IMG/VR virus record: IMGVR_UViG_2770939586_000001
Reading direction: 5' to 3' (one strand)
Length of the DNA stretch: 64,000 nucleotides
From: a virus
Lineage: Duplodnaviria > Caudoviricetes
Shown here: positions 19,458 to 27,882 of the stretch, one piece after another
Position numbering within the stretch: position 1 is the stretch's first letter
Layout of the letters: each line of letters begins with the position of its first letter
Program-made: the position numbers and the translations under genes
The notes under the pieces: model-generated
Databases searched by the model: none
Told to the model about the DNA's origin: nothing
Seen by the model: only the letters and a program-made list of their open reading frames with translations

Positions 19458-19621
19458 GGTTTAATCGCCTCCTCAACGACTTCCTGCAAGAATTCCAAGT
19501 ACGATTTCATATCGTCCATATGCGGGTGTACTTCTTCCCATCCCCCTAAAATATCTTTTACGTCATAGAATTTCGTTTGAATGCGCTTGAAAAGGAACTC
19601 GATTATTTTCTCTTTTGTCAT
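19454..19621 (-). CDS. 55-aa mini-ORF B
   Basis: MTKEKIIEFLFKRIQT...HMDDMKSYLEFLQEVVEEAIKP; ATGA overlap. Confidence 0.7.
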   Translation of the reverse strand: MTKEKIIEFLFKRIQTKFYDVKDILGGWEEVHPHMDDMKSYLEFLQEVVEEAIKP

Positions 19622-19746
19622 GGCTTTACCACTTCCTTCGCTAACTCGATAAGTGCGTTAATGGTGTCCTGAGTCATGAAGTCAGTCGGATCAACTTTCT
19701 GTACTTTCTCACTGGCTCTAAGCAGCCATTGAAGTAGCTTCCCCAT
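19618..19746 (-). CDS. 42-aa mini-ORF A
   Basis: MGKLLQWLLRASEKVQKVDPTDFMTQDTINALIELAKEVVKP; TGATG overlap with upstream gene. Confidence 0.6.
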   Translation of the reverse strand: MGKLLQWLLRASEKVQKVDPTDFMTQDTINALIELAKEVVKP

Positions 19747-20132
19747 CACACAAAGTCCTTTAGAAAGTCGATTGCATCATGCAGTGATAGTTCTTTTCCG
19801 GGCTGAAGCAGCGTGCGTTTTAGTTCGATGATTTCCTGCTGAAGTTCATGGATTAAATCCATTTCTGATTTTGGAGGAGTAATGTCTTTTGATACTCTAT
19901 CCAGAATTGATTTAAAGCTGGGTGCTTCTTTGACATCGTGCCTGATGAGGTAATCACGAAGCATCTCCAGTTGCTCCTTTGAAGAAGCATTTTTTCGTAG
20001 GTCTTCCAAATACTCAACGGGGTAGAGATATGGTGTGTCAGCCAAATCTTTGAACCGCCATCCCCAGAAGTTGGGTGATGATTTCAGTCCTTGGGAAACA
20101 CCTTCCACGATACCTTTCACAAATCTAATCAT
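19746..20132 (-). CDS. Hypothetical helical protein, first gene of the FtsK operon
   Basis: AGGAGG RBS before ATG 20132; C-terminal coiled coil. Confidence 0.7.
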   Translation of the reverse strand: MIRFVKGIVEGVSQGLKSSPNFWGWRFKDLADTPYLYPVEYLEDLRKNASSKEQLEMLRDYLIRHDVKEAPSFKSILDRVSKDITPPKSEMDLIHELQQEIIELKRTLLQPGKELSLHDAIDFLKDFV

Positions 20133-20283
20133 GGAAAAATCCTCCTGATGTTTTTTTCGCTTATGATGCATAAAAAGCGATAAAGTTGGGCATTGAAATT
20201 CAGTCGCTTCACTCGGCTATCGCCTCACTCTGCTCCTTTAAACAAATGAAAAAGTGTTGATTTTGTTGACTTAAATCCACTAA

Positions 20284-20340
20284 TACTTACGTTTCAGTTA
20301 CTTAATCAGGTAGCTAAGTAGATGCTTAAGTTTTTGCTTA
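20284..20340. repeat. Roughly 12-bp-periodic T(A/G)CTTA repeats
   Basis: TACTTA 20284 and 20299, TGCTTA 20323 and 20335, degenerate copy near 20311. Confidence 0.45.
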
Positions 20341-20346
20341 TGTTTC

Positions 20347-20376
20347 AACCTATGTCGGTAGTTAACTACTTTTGCC
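20347..20376 (-). promoter_or_regulatory. Possible sigma-E-like promoter containing a 12-bp palindrome
   Basis: GGCAAAAG-N14-CATAGGTT; GTAGTTAACTAC palindrome at 20358-20369; -35 match is weak. Confidence 0.3.
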
Positions 20377-20412
20377 TGTACCAGTTAAAAAAATCTACTC
20401 GGAAAAATGGCA

Positions 20413-20439
20413 TAAAAAAAGAGGAGCAGTTAGCCCCTC
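20413..20439 (-). terminator. Terminator of the parM-parR operon
   Basis: GAGGGGC-TAACT-GCTCCTC followed by a T run on the minus strand. Confidence 0.75.
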
Positions 20440-20749
20440 AAAGAAAGTCATCCATATCCAATTGTTCATGTGAATTTGATTGATTTGTAATATTTATAGG
20501 GTGAGAACTTGAGATATGATCTGGTGCGGTTGAAAGGTGATCTGTTTGCTTATGTGAGGGATGAACTCCGTAGTTATAAACCTTCATATCCATGTAAGAT
20601 GTCAGTGCTTTTTTAGCCCAGCCACTGAAATTTGTCGTTTCTTTCCCGATGGTACTCTTACTGGTAGCCTGCGACATACAGTAGTCATAGAGAGCTTTGT
20701 CATGTGGATTATCAAGGTTAAACACGATTGGCTTAACGATTTTTTGCAT
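20438..20749 (-). CDS. Putative ParR-like partition adaptor
   Basis: IVFNL..DKALYDYC..NFSGWAKKAL ribbon-helix-helix-like N-terminus with low-complexity tail; overlaps parM stop; GGAGA RBS. Confidence 0.6.
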   Translation of the reverse strand: MQKIVKPIVFNLDNPHDKALYDYCMSQATSKSTIGKETTNFSGWAKKALTSYMDMKVYNYGVHPSHKQTDHLSTAPDHISSSHPINITNQSNSHEQLDMDDFL

Positions 20750-21533
20750 ACTTTTTCTCCAGGAGCTCATAGTATCCGATTGCATTAGCAAGCAGGTATT
20801 CATCAGGTACGTAGGCTTTTGGATAATATTGTTGGATATACGGCAGCAATTCCAGTGCTTTCCCACCCACAATTCGTACACTTTCATCTGTATCCCAGAA
20901 GCGAGAAACATCAGAGACGATAGCTAATGCTAAATCCTTTATGGAAGAAAAGCGACTTGTATCACAACCATAGGGTAGTGTGAATGATAATTTGTCAATA
21001 AATCGTTTGTTGTTTATTGTGACACAGTTAACAGTCTTCGCTCCAGCATCAATGATATGCTCTAATCCATCTACTTGCCTTGCCCAAAACGCACCGCCAC
21101 CCTCAAAGCTGATTTCGACTACCGGAATTTCTAATTGGCGTGGTCTTCCGTTGAAAATGATATCGTGACGCCCGGATAGAAGGTGACGTAATTTACTTTT
21201 TTCTTCAGCAGTGTGTTGATCCTTCGGCAGTCCAGTAATCAGTGTAATTTTATCATGGGCAGTTGCTGAACAAATGGCAGCGAGAGTGAGGAGGAGTGTT
21301 TGTTCGTGGACTTTTGTTTTTGTCATAAGTCGGCGAGGCAGCTCACTTTCGCGTATGGCTAGATCACCAACGAAATGGTGCTCACCTTTGTAAACGAGTT
21401 CAATGTCAGAAGGCTCTACTTCTCTCAAGTCACGTCTTCGTCCAGAACCAATAACAGACGGAATAACCTTGCCGTTATGTCCGTCATACACTTTGACATT
21501 ACATCTCCCACAATCTATAGCCAGTAATTGCAT
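20733..21533 (-). CDS. parM: ParM/StbA actin-like ATPase
   Basis: LAIDCGRCNVK, IIDAGAKTVN, VGGKA, LANAIGY actin-fold motifs. Confidence 0.88.
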   Translation of the reverse strand: MQLLAIDCGRCNVKVYDGHNGKVIPSVIGSGRRRDLREVEPSDIELVYKGEHHFVGDLAIRESELPRRLMTKTKVHEQTLLLTLAAICSATAHDKITLITGLPKDQHTAEEKSKLRHLLSGRHDIIFNGRPRQLEIPVVEISFEGGGAFWARQVDGLEHIIDAGAKTVNCVTINNKRFIDKLSFTLPYGCDTSRFSSIKDLALAIVSDVSRFWDTDESVRIVGGKALELLPYIQQYYPKAYVPDEYLLANAIGYYELLEKKYAKNR

Positions 21534-21588
21534 CTCCCATACCCCCAGAGTGGTATTACGCAGGTGAAACCTATGCTGATTGGGGTGT

Positions 21589-21631
21589 TACCTACGTTAT
21601 ACCACATTGTATTGAAGGTCTAACGTAGGTA
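21589..21631. promoter_or_regulatory. 11-bp inverted-repeat operator over the parM promoter
   Basis: TACCTACGTTA (21589-21599) / TAACGTAGGTA (21621-21631); extended -10 TGGTATAAC on the minus strand. Confidence 0.6.
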
Positions 21632-21648
21632 TGACTACAAGTAGAGTT

Positions 21649-22197
21649 TTAATCGTAATCAATTTCGACATTTTTTAGTATTTTTCTGAAAGCTGTAAAA
21701 TCAGAATGTTGAAATGGGAAAAAGTCGTTACTCCATTGGTGACCGTATCGTGCCTGTGAGTCTAGGATGCTTAGGATTGCCATTGCATCATCGAATTTCA
21801 TTGTTACCATCAAGTGTTCATTCCAATTTTGTTTTTTCTTCAGAATTTTGTCTGCTTCTTGATATACTGTTCGTGCTTCGGTAGTTAGTCTTTTTAATGA
21901 ATCACGAGTATACAAATTTTTTTTGCCATAAAATTTTTCGTTCCATGTAACCAACTCGAAGAATGCGATGGCGTGAAATCTATTGTCGAAACTATGATAC
22001 TTACCGCCAGTAAACTTGTTCAGTATAGAAATTCGCTGTTTCGTCAAGTGCTTCTTTTGCCATGCCAACGCATCTTTTTGTTGTTTTGTCAAAGTAGCAG
22101 CATGTACAGAAGTGATGACGAAAGATGATTGGACGAAAAGTAGTCCTACAACATTGATTATTAACATCGATGTTAAAGCGATGATTTTCTTTCGCAT
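21649..22197 (-). CDS. Secreted hypothetical protein
   Basis: MRKK + hydrophobic stretch + VHA signal peptide; GGAGGT RBS. Confidence 0.7.
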   Translation of the reverse strand: MRKKIIALTSMLIINVVGLLFVQSSFVITSVHAATLTKQQKDALAWQKKHLTKQRISILNKFTGGKYHSFDNRFHAIAFFELVTWNEKFYGKKNLYTRDSLKRLTTEARTVYQEADKILKKKQNWNEHLMVTMKFDDAMAILSILDSQARYGHQWSNDFFPFQHSDFTAFRKILKNVEIDYD

Positions 22198-22223
22198 TTT
22201 TATACCTCCCTCGTTAAATGTGC

Positions 22224-22251
22224 ATTCGCCTTCATGTATGCAGTTTCCTGC
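22224..22251 (-). promoter_or_regulatory. Sigma-H-like promoter
   Basis: GCAGGA-N18-GAAT on the minus strand just upstream of the RBS. Confidence 0.5.
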
Positions 22252-22330
22252 TTTATTGGATTAATATGTAAAGTCTGCTCTTTTTTAGCGTTCTTGAAGT
22301 ATCTAAAAAGTAAAAAAAGTAAAATCATAG

Positions 22331-22413
22331 ATAACATCAACGTAGGAGCCTGTTACGTTTCAGCGTATGACCCTTATACGTTCTAACGTACCACCCTCAT
22401 ACGTTTCACCGTA
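22331..22413. repeat. 23-bp-periodic palindromes TACG-N6-CGTA (candidate parC centromere)
   Basis: TACGTTTCAGCGTA 22354, TACGTTCTAACGTA 22377, TACGTTTCACCGTA 22400, in-phase half-site ending at 22344. Confidence 0.7.
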
Positions 22414-22601
22414 GGACAAATACATAGATTACTACAAAGATTTAAAAGAGAAGAAGAGGACAGGATAAATCCGAGAAAAGCTAACGTAACAGGGGGATAG
22501 AAAATTATGGGCTACACTCCATATTGCACATGTTGTAGTTCAGCACTTACGTGCTTGGTGATGCAAAAGTTGAAACATGAGTAGATGTTTAGATTATAAA
22601 G

Positions 22602-22632
22602 TTGATTTCTAGGTAGATGTTTGTGATATAAT
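22602..22632 (+). promoter_or_regulatory. Sigma-A-like promoter upstream of portal
   Basis: Extended -10 TGATATAAT; GTAGATGTTT direct repeat at 22581 and 22613. Confidence 0.5.
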
Positions 22633-22667
22633 AAAAGCAAATGGTGATCGGGAGATGGTGAGTGTAG

Positions 22668-24095
22668 ATGGCAAGCAGGAGATACCAAAAGCGAAAGCAG
22701 GTTAAACAAAAGCAAGCGATGGCGAAGTCGTCTGCACCATTGACGAACGTAAATGACTTTGGTGGAGCACGAACAACAAAGTCGCAACTACGTGCAGGTG
22801 ATTCAGTACCAAGGCGTGTACGGAAAGATTTGAGCCTTGATGAACGGAAGCTGAACACACTACCTGTCGAAAGATTGATGGACTTACTTATCGATGCTCA
22901 CCCTGATGTGGGGTTTGCACTATGGAATTTCCTACGAATCGGAAATACGGATTACATCATCAATGTGAAGAAGCTAAACAGCGATGGTGAGTTTACACAA
23001 GGTAAAAAAATCATCGACCAGTTTATTCAGGCATTATCGATGCCGAACCCGGAACGATACGAGATTAACAGATCGCTTGATAATTTGATTAACCAGCTAC
23101 TTTTGACAACCGTAACGCGAGGTGCTGCATCGCTGGAGACGGTGCTTGGTCAATCGATGTCTGGTGTTGCTTTTCTAGCCCCAATTGATCCGGCCACCAT
23201 CGAGTTTAAGTTTGAGAACGACAGATTTATCCCATATCAGGACAGCTTAAGTCTTGATATTCCCACCTTTTTCTACGAAGCACTAGATCCACTAATCGAT
23301 AGCCCAACCGGAAGAAGCCCCTTTTTAAACGCTATTCAAACCGTCATGTTCCAACTACAGCTACTCAACGATATCAAAGCCGTTGTGCATAACCAGGGAT
23401 ACCCACGCCTAGACATTAAGATACTTGAAGAACTTGTTATCAAGCGCATGCCTCCACATGTTAAGCAGAACGAAGAGAAAAAGCGTCAATATCTACAGGA
23501 GAAGTTACAAGAAATTATCACGATGTACGAACAACTAGAAGCAGATACCACGTTTGTACACTACGATTCCGTGGAGATGGGGATGGTTGGTGGTAAAAGT
23601 GGCGGCGGTGGCGCAATGTTCGATGTGGAGAAGCTAATGGGCGTGATCGACGGGCTTCTTGCAGCTGCATTAAAGACACTGACGACCATTTTAGGACGTA
23701 GAAGCACTGGGAATACGGAGAGTTTTGCCAAGCTTGAAGTAAAAATGTATCTTAAAAGTGTCAAGGCACTTCAAGATGTGGTGGCAAAGCTGTTGAGTCG
23801 AGCGTTCACACTTCTGCTTAATCTGAACGGTAAGCAGGGGATTGTTGAGTTTAAGTTTAGAGAGGCAGACTTACGAAGTGAACTGGAAAAAGCGCAGTTT
23901 GAACAGATTCACCTGCTTAATTGCCAGTTTAAATACAATATGGGCTGGTGGACGGCAGACGAAGCGGCTCAGGCTGCGGTTGGACACAGTGCCGTGTCAG
24001 ATCCAATTCATAATGTTGTGCCGACGAATAAAGATGGACAAACACCAAAAGGAAGTACGGACAACAACCCTAAAGCTGGCGGTAGTAGCGGATAA
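22668..24095 (+). CDS. Portal protein
   Basis: Position before the protease, size, LAPIDPATIEF and PTGRSPF..A portal-like motifs. Confidence 0.75.
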   Translation: MASRRYQKRKQVKQKQAMAKSSAPLTNVNDFGGARTTKSQLRAGDSVPRRVRKDLSLDERKLNTLPVERLMDLLIDAHPDVGFALWNFLRIGNTDYIINVKKLNSDGEFTQGKKIIDQFIQALSMPNPERYEINRSLDNLINQLLLTTVTRGAASLETVLGQSMSGVAFLAPIDPATIEFKFENDRFIPYQDSLSLDIPTFFYEALDPLIDSPTGRSPFLNAIQTVMFQLQLLNDIKAVVHNQGYPRLDIKILEELVIKRMPPHVKQNEEKKRQYLQEKLQEIITMYEQLEADTTFVHYDSVEMGMVGGKSGGGGAMFDVEKLMGVIDGLLAAALKTLTTILGRRSTGNTESFAKLEVKMYLKSVKALQDVVAKLLSRAFTLLLNLNGKQGIVEFKFREADLRSELEKAQFEQIHLLNCQFKYNMGWWTADEAAQAAVGHSAVSDPIHNVVPTNKDGQTPKGSTDNNPKAGGSSG

Positions 24096-24150
24096 ACAGA
24101 AGATAGTTCAGCATAAATGCCTACTCTAGCTCAGAAAGGAGATGAAATGC

Positions 24151-25647
24151 ATGGGAACACCAACGCCGGAACAGTTGCAATTGATCAACAATCGCTTTGC
24201 CAAAGCACCGCTAAAGTCGGAGCAGGTGTATGTGTTTGAGTGTATTGCAGCAGATACATTGCCGGTTTTGCGTAAAAGTTGGTACGGTGAATATACAATC
24301 ACCATGACTGACAAAATGTTAGTGCAGCTTATGGACGACTTCAAACAAGGATGTGCGCTATTAGCATCGCACAACTCCTGGAAGCTACCATTCGGACGCA
24401 CATTTGATGCTCGTGTAGGATATGAGACTGTAGACGACAAGAACGTGAACACAATGCGGATATGGCAGTACATGGTTACACATACGATCAAAGAAGATGG
24501 AAGTATGGAGGAGATTCATACAGAAGTCGGTAAGATGTCTACAAAGGATATTGCCTCGCATATTGATGCAGGGACAATTTTCGATACTTCAATCGGGTTT
24601 GTAATTTCTAGCGCAAAGTGTAGTGTGTGCGAACATGATGTTCGAAGTGAGAAATGTGGTCATTATCCCGGAAAATACTATGTTATCGATGAGCAAGCTG
24701 TGCGATGTGATATTATCGCAGAAGACGGCCAAGGTATAGAAAACTCATTGGTTTTTTCTGGGGCTGTTGATCGAGCAACTATTACGGCTTCAGCAAATGG
24801 GAGAGGTATTGAAAATAGCGAGACTGAGGAGAAAACGGTCTACTCTATTGATGACATTAAGAAAGTGCCGCTTGATGAACCGATTGTGTGCCACTACTCC
24901 AAACATAGCGGAGTAGAGTGGTTCACACGTTCGTCCCGCCGTATCGAGCGGCCAGAAGAATTAGCAAGTGAAAAGGAGATGAAAGATGTGAGTGGTACGA
25001 ATGTAGAGTTTAAGGATATTCAACTTGCTTTTGCGAAAGCTGGCATTAACTTTGACAAAATCGGTGATGTTTCATCTGCGGTGGGGGCGGCGTTTGCTGC
25101 AGAAAGCGCGAAGGCAACGGAAGAAATGAATAAGCAATTGGAAGCGAAAGATGCGGAGTTTGCACGTGTTTCTGCCGAATTGGACAAGTTGAAAACGGAC
25201 TTTTCCGATGCGCAGTCAAAAATCATGGAGCTTACCGATCAGAAAGAAGAGTTGTCCAAAAAAGCAGAACTGGTCGAGCAGTACCGCAAAGATTTGATCG
25301 AAGCTACTGTCGAAGCTGGTATCCGTGTTATGGGTAATACGTTCAACAAAGAGCGGCAGGAGAAGTATCTGTCTACTCTATCTATTGATGAGCTGAAAGA
25401 AGAGAAGGCAGCGTATGAAGGACAGTTCCAGGAGCGATTTGCAGGATCACGTACTACGAAGCCGAAACAGCAAGCGAAATCGGCTGTAAATGGTGAAATG
25501 ATGCGTCGTTCTGATTTTGAAAACGAGCAGGAGTTCCGCACCTATGTCGGCAAGGAAGCAATGAAGCTGTCGCGTAAAAACGGTACGAATGTAGCAGACG
25601 AAACAATGAAGCTGTACCGCGAATTGTCGGAAGAGGATGGTGAATAA
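24151..25647 (+). CDS. Prohead protease / scaffold fusion
   Basis: LLASHNSWKLPFGRTFDA, DTSIGF, CSVC..C.H.PG, ENSLVFSGA; C-terminal coiled coil. Confidence 0.8.
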   Translation: MGTPTPEQLQLINNRFAKAPLKSEQVYVFECIAADTLPVLRKSWYGEYTITMTDKMLVQLMDDFKQGCALLASHNSWKLPFGRTFDARVGYETVDDKNVNTMRIWQYMVTHTIKEDGSMEEIHTEVGKMSTKDIASHIDAGTIFDTSIGFVISSAKCSVCEHDVRSEKCGHYPGKYYVIDEQAVRCDIIAEDGQGIENSLVFSGAVDRATITASANGRGIENSETEEKTVYSIDDIKKVPLDEPIVCHYSKHSGVEWFTRSSRRIERPEELASEKEMKDVSGTNVEFKDIQLAFAKAGINFDKIGDVSSAVGAAFAAESAKATEEMNKQLEAKDAEFARVSAELDKLKTDFSDAQSKIMELTDQKEELSKKAELVEQYRKDLIEATVEAGIRVMGNTFNKERQEKYLSTLSIDELKEEKAAYEGQFQERFAGSRTTKPKQQAKSAVNGEMMRRSDFENEQEFRTYVGKEAMKLSRKNGTNVADETMKLYRELSEEDGE

Positions 25648-25649
25648 AC

Positions 25650-26072
25650 ATGGCAGGGAAAATTACCGGACTTGAGATTGCGTATGCGATTGCTACTGAT
25701 AATGTAAATCCAGACAGTGGTTTTAATGAAGTGCCGATGTTCCGGATTCTGGTGTACGGCGACAAGCAAGGAGAATGCAAAATCGCAACCGGGGCGGCAG
25801 GAGAAGTATTTCTCGGTGTAAACGCAAATGACCAACGCCTGCAAGATCAGCGCATGGGCGGTGGGGGATCGCAAGCTGGCAAGCATTTGGCTGTCATGCG
25901 TACCGGGATTGCGATGGCTAAACTAACAGCCGATTGTCCGAAGCAAGGAACAAAATTCACGCTCGTAGCAGGTGGATTCATGAAACCAGCTACCGGGACT
26001 GATCAGGTTATCGGAATTGCGGAGTCGGCAGGCAAAGCAGGAGAGTTTATCCCATTCTGGATTGTGTCGTAG
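25650..26072 (+). CDS. Capsid decoration/cement protein
   Basis: Gly/Ala-rich, VIGIAESAGKAGEFIP; between protease and capsid genes. Confidence 0.7.
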   Translation: MAGKITGLEIAYAIATDNVNPDSGFNEVPMFRILVYGDKQGECKIATGAAGEVFLGVNANDQRLQDQRMGGGGSQAGKHLAVMRTGIAMAKLTADCPKQGTKFTLVAGGFMKPATGTDQVIGIAESAGKAGEFIPFWIVS

Positions 26073-26145
26073 GAGATGAAAAGTAGGTAGGGACTATCCC
26101 TATAGTAATGAACGCGAAAATGTTGATGAAAGGAAGATGACATGT

Positions 26146-27138
26146 ATGGGTAATTCACGTGGATACAAGTCTACGCAGGAAGCACATGATGACGTGCTGC
26201 TTACCAATATTGCGGTGGGCTATAAAAATGAGCAGTTTATTGCGGATATGGTGTTTCCGAAACTCCCAATGGTGAGCAAGCAATCAAACCGCTACAAAGT
26301 GTTCGGTATGGAAGATTTCCGCCAATGGGACGATAAAATCGCTGCTAATGGGGCTGTAAATGAAATTCAGTACGGTGAATCAGAAGATGCGTATTTCTGT
26401 GACGGGCACGGTTTGTCGCGTCCGATCTCGAAACAGGAGAAATCGAACAGTGACGATGAGACGCAACTCGAAGTTAATGCTACGAGACTTACCACAAGTC
26501 TTGTACTGTTGAACAAAGAAATTGATGCGGCGAACAGAGCGATGAATCCAGCATCGTATGCGTCTGGACTTTCTACAACGCTCGGAACAACAACGCTGGA
26601 TACGATTTTCGGGAAAAAGTGGACGGACCCTACTTCTGATCCGGTTAAACAGGTGGACAAGGCGAAAGAGTATATCCATATTAATTCCGGTATCCGTCCA
26701 AATGTGCTGGTTGTCTCAGAAAAAGGGTTTACAGCACTTAAAAATCATCCGATGTTTATGGAATTAATCAAGTATTCCCAAACAGGTATTGTCACAAAAG
26801 AGCTGCTGAAAGCCGCGCTCGGGGTGAATGATATTTACGTTGGCGCTGCACTCCGCACGACTCAACCATTTGGGGCTACGCCTCCAGGTAAACCGGAAGC
26901 GCTGAACTATATCTGGGGTAACGGCGCTGCACTCATCCACGTCACTGACACGCCGGATCCCCTTTCTCCAACATTCGGTTACACCTTTGAATGGGATTTT
27001 GCTGGAGAGAAGGTGGCACGCCGCGTTCGTAAATGGGAAGATGTGCGCTCGGAAGCTACTTATGTGGAGACGAAATATTACTACGATCAAAAGGTCGTGT
27101 GTAACATTGCAGGCTTCTTGATGGCCGATGCGATTTAG
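26146..27138 (+). CDS. Major capsid protein
   Basis: LTNIAVGYKN..FIADMVFP, KWTDPTSDP, RPNVLVVS, LKNHP, PTFGYTF. Confidence 0.88.
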   Translation: MGNSRGYKSTQEAHDDVLLTNIAVGYKNEQFIADMVFPKLPMVSKQSNRYKVFGMEDFRQWDDKIAANGAVNEIQYGESEDAYFCDGHGLSRPISKQEKSNSDDETQLEVNATRLTTSLVLLNKEIDAANRAMNPASYASGLSTTLGTTTLDTIFGKKWTDPTSDPVKQVDKAKEYIHINSGIRPNVLVVSEKGFTALKNHPMFMELIKYSQTGIVTKELLKAALGVNDIYVGAALRTTQPFGATPPGKPEALNYIWGNGAALIHVTDTPDPLSPTFGYTFEWDFAGEKVARRVRKWEDVRSEATYVETKYYYDQKVVCNIAGFLMADAI

Positions 27139-27146
27139 GCGGTGAT

Positions 27147-27425
27147 ATGATGGCGGCTAAAAAGCAATCCGATGCCGATGAAAAAGTCGTTCACGTCCAG
27201 CGTGTAACACTTCGCATTTCCGAATATGGACGGATTTACTCGTACGGCCATAAAGTCATTGTCACGAACACAGGCGGCGGTGATGCCTATGTCGGAATGG
27301 ATAATCAAAATGTTCCTTCATCAGAAACGCTGCTGCCAGTCGGTGAAACGCGAGAGTTTGATGATACGGTTAATGCGTTCGCGTATTCGTGTCCGACATT
27401 GGAAGTTAAGCTTGTAGAGAAGTGA
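27147..27425 (+). CDS. Small beta-rich virion protein
   Basis: Follows the capsid gene; resembles 63144..63437. Confidence 0.6.
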   Translation: MMAAKKQSDADEKVVHVQRVTLRISEYGRIYSYGHKVIVTNTGGGDAYVGMDNQNVPSSETLLPVGETREFDDTVNAFAYSCPTLEVKLVEK

Positions 27426-27429
27426 AACT

Positions 27430-27458
27430 AATCCCATCGCCTGTGCGGTGGGATTTTT
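27430..27458 (+). terminator. Intrinsic terminator
   Basis: AATCCCATCGC...GCGGTGGGATT-TTT. Confidence 0.65.
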
Positions 27459-27474
27459 AGCAGGGGGAATCAAA

Positions 27475-27882
27475 GTGATTATTCTCCAACCAGGATTTGA
27501 AGCAGCAGTACGGTCAAAATTCGGTGTGTCTCAGAAAGAACTTCCTGATAGCGAGATAAACGTACCATTTCTTGTAGACCGAGCAGAAGCGGATATAATC
27601 AGGCGTGTTCCGGGGTACGCCGAACTAACTGACCCGTTAGATAAGCTGAACTTGCAGGGTGCGGCCATTACATATCTTGCGATGATGATAGCCCCATCAA
27701 TGGCACGGCGGTTGAAACACAAGGTCAAGACTATTGATGTGTCATGGGAAAAGGAGAAAGTCGACTGGGAAGCATTTGCGGCACGTCTTCGCGATGAGTA
27801 CGAGGAACTTATTGGTGAGTTAATCGGCTATGATTCACCATTAGTAGGTCGAATCGATATCGATCCGAGGAATACCATATGA
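27475..27882 (+). CDS. Head-tail adaptor (putative)
   Basis: Synteny; helical; GGGGG RBS before GTG 27475. Confidence 0.55.
   Translation: MIILQPGFEAAVRSKFGVSQKELPDSEINVPFLVDRAEADIIRRVPGYAELTDPLDKLNLQGAAITYLAMMIAPSMARRLKHKVKTIDVSWEKEKVDWEAFAARLRDEYEELIGELIGYDSPLVGRIDIDPRNTI

Noticed and set aside
19201-19746. Leaderless bacteriocin cluster
   Set aside because: ORFs A-C have acidic C-terminal halves, and there is no ABC exporter or immunity gene
22331-22413. Possible CRISPR mini-array
   Set aside because: The 23-bp period with 9-bp gaps is far too short for repeat-spacer units and no cas genes are present
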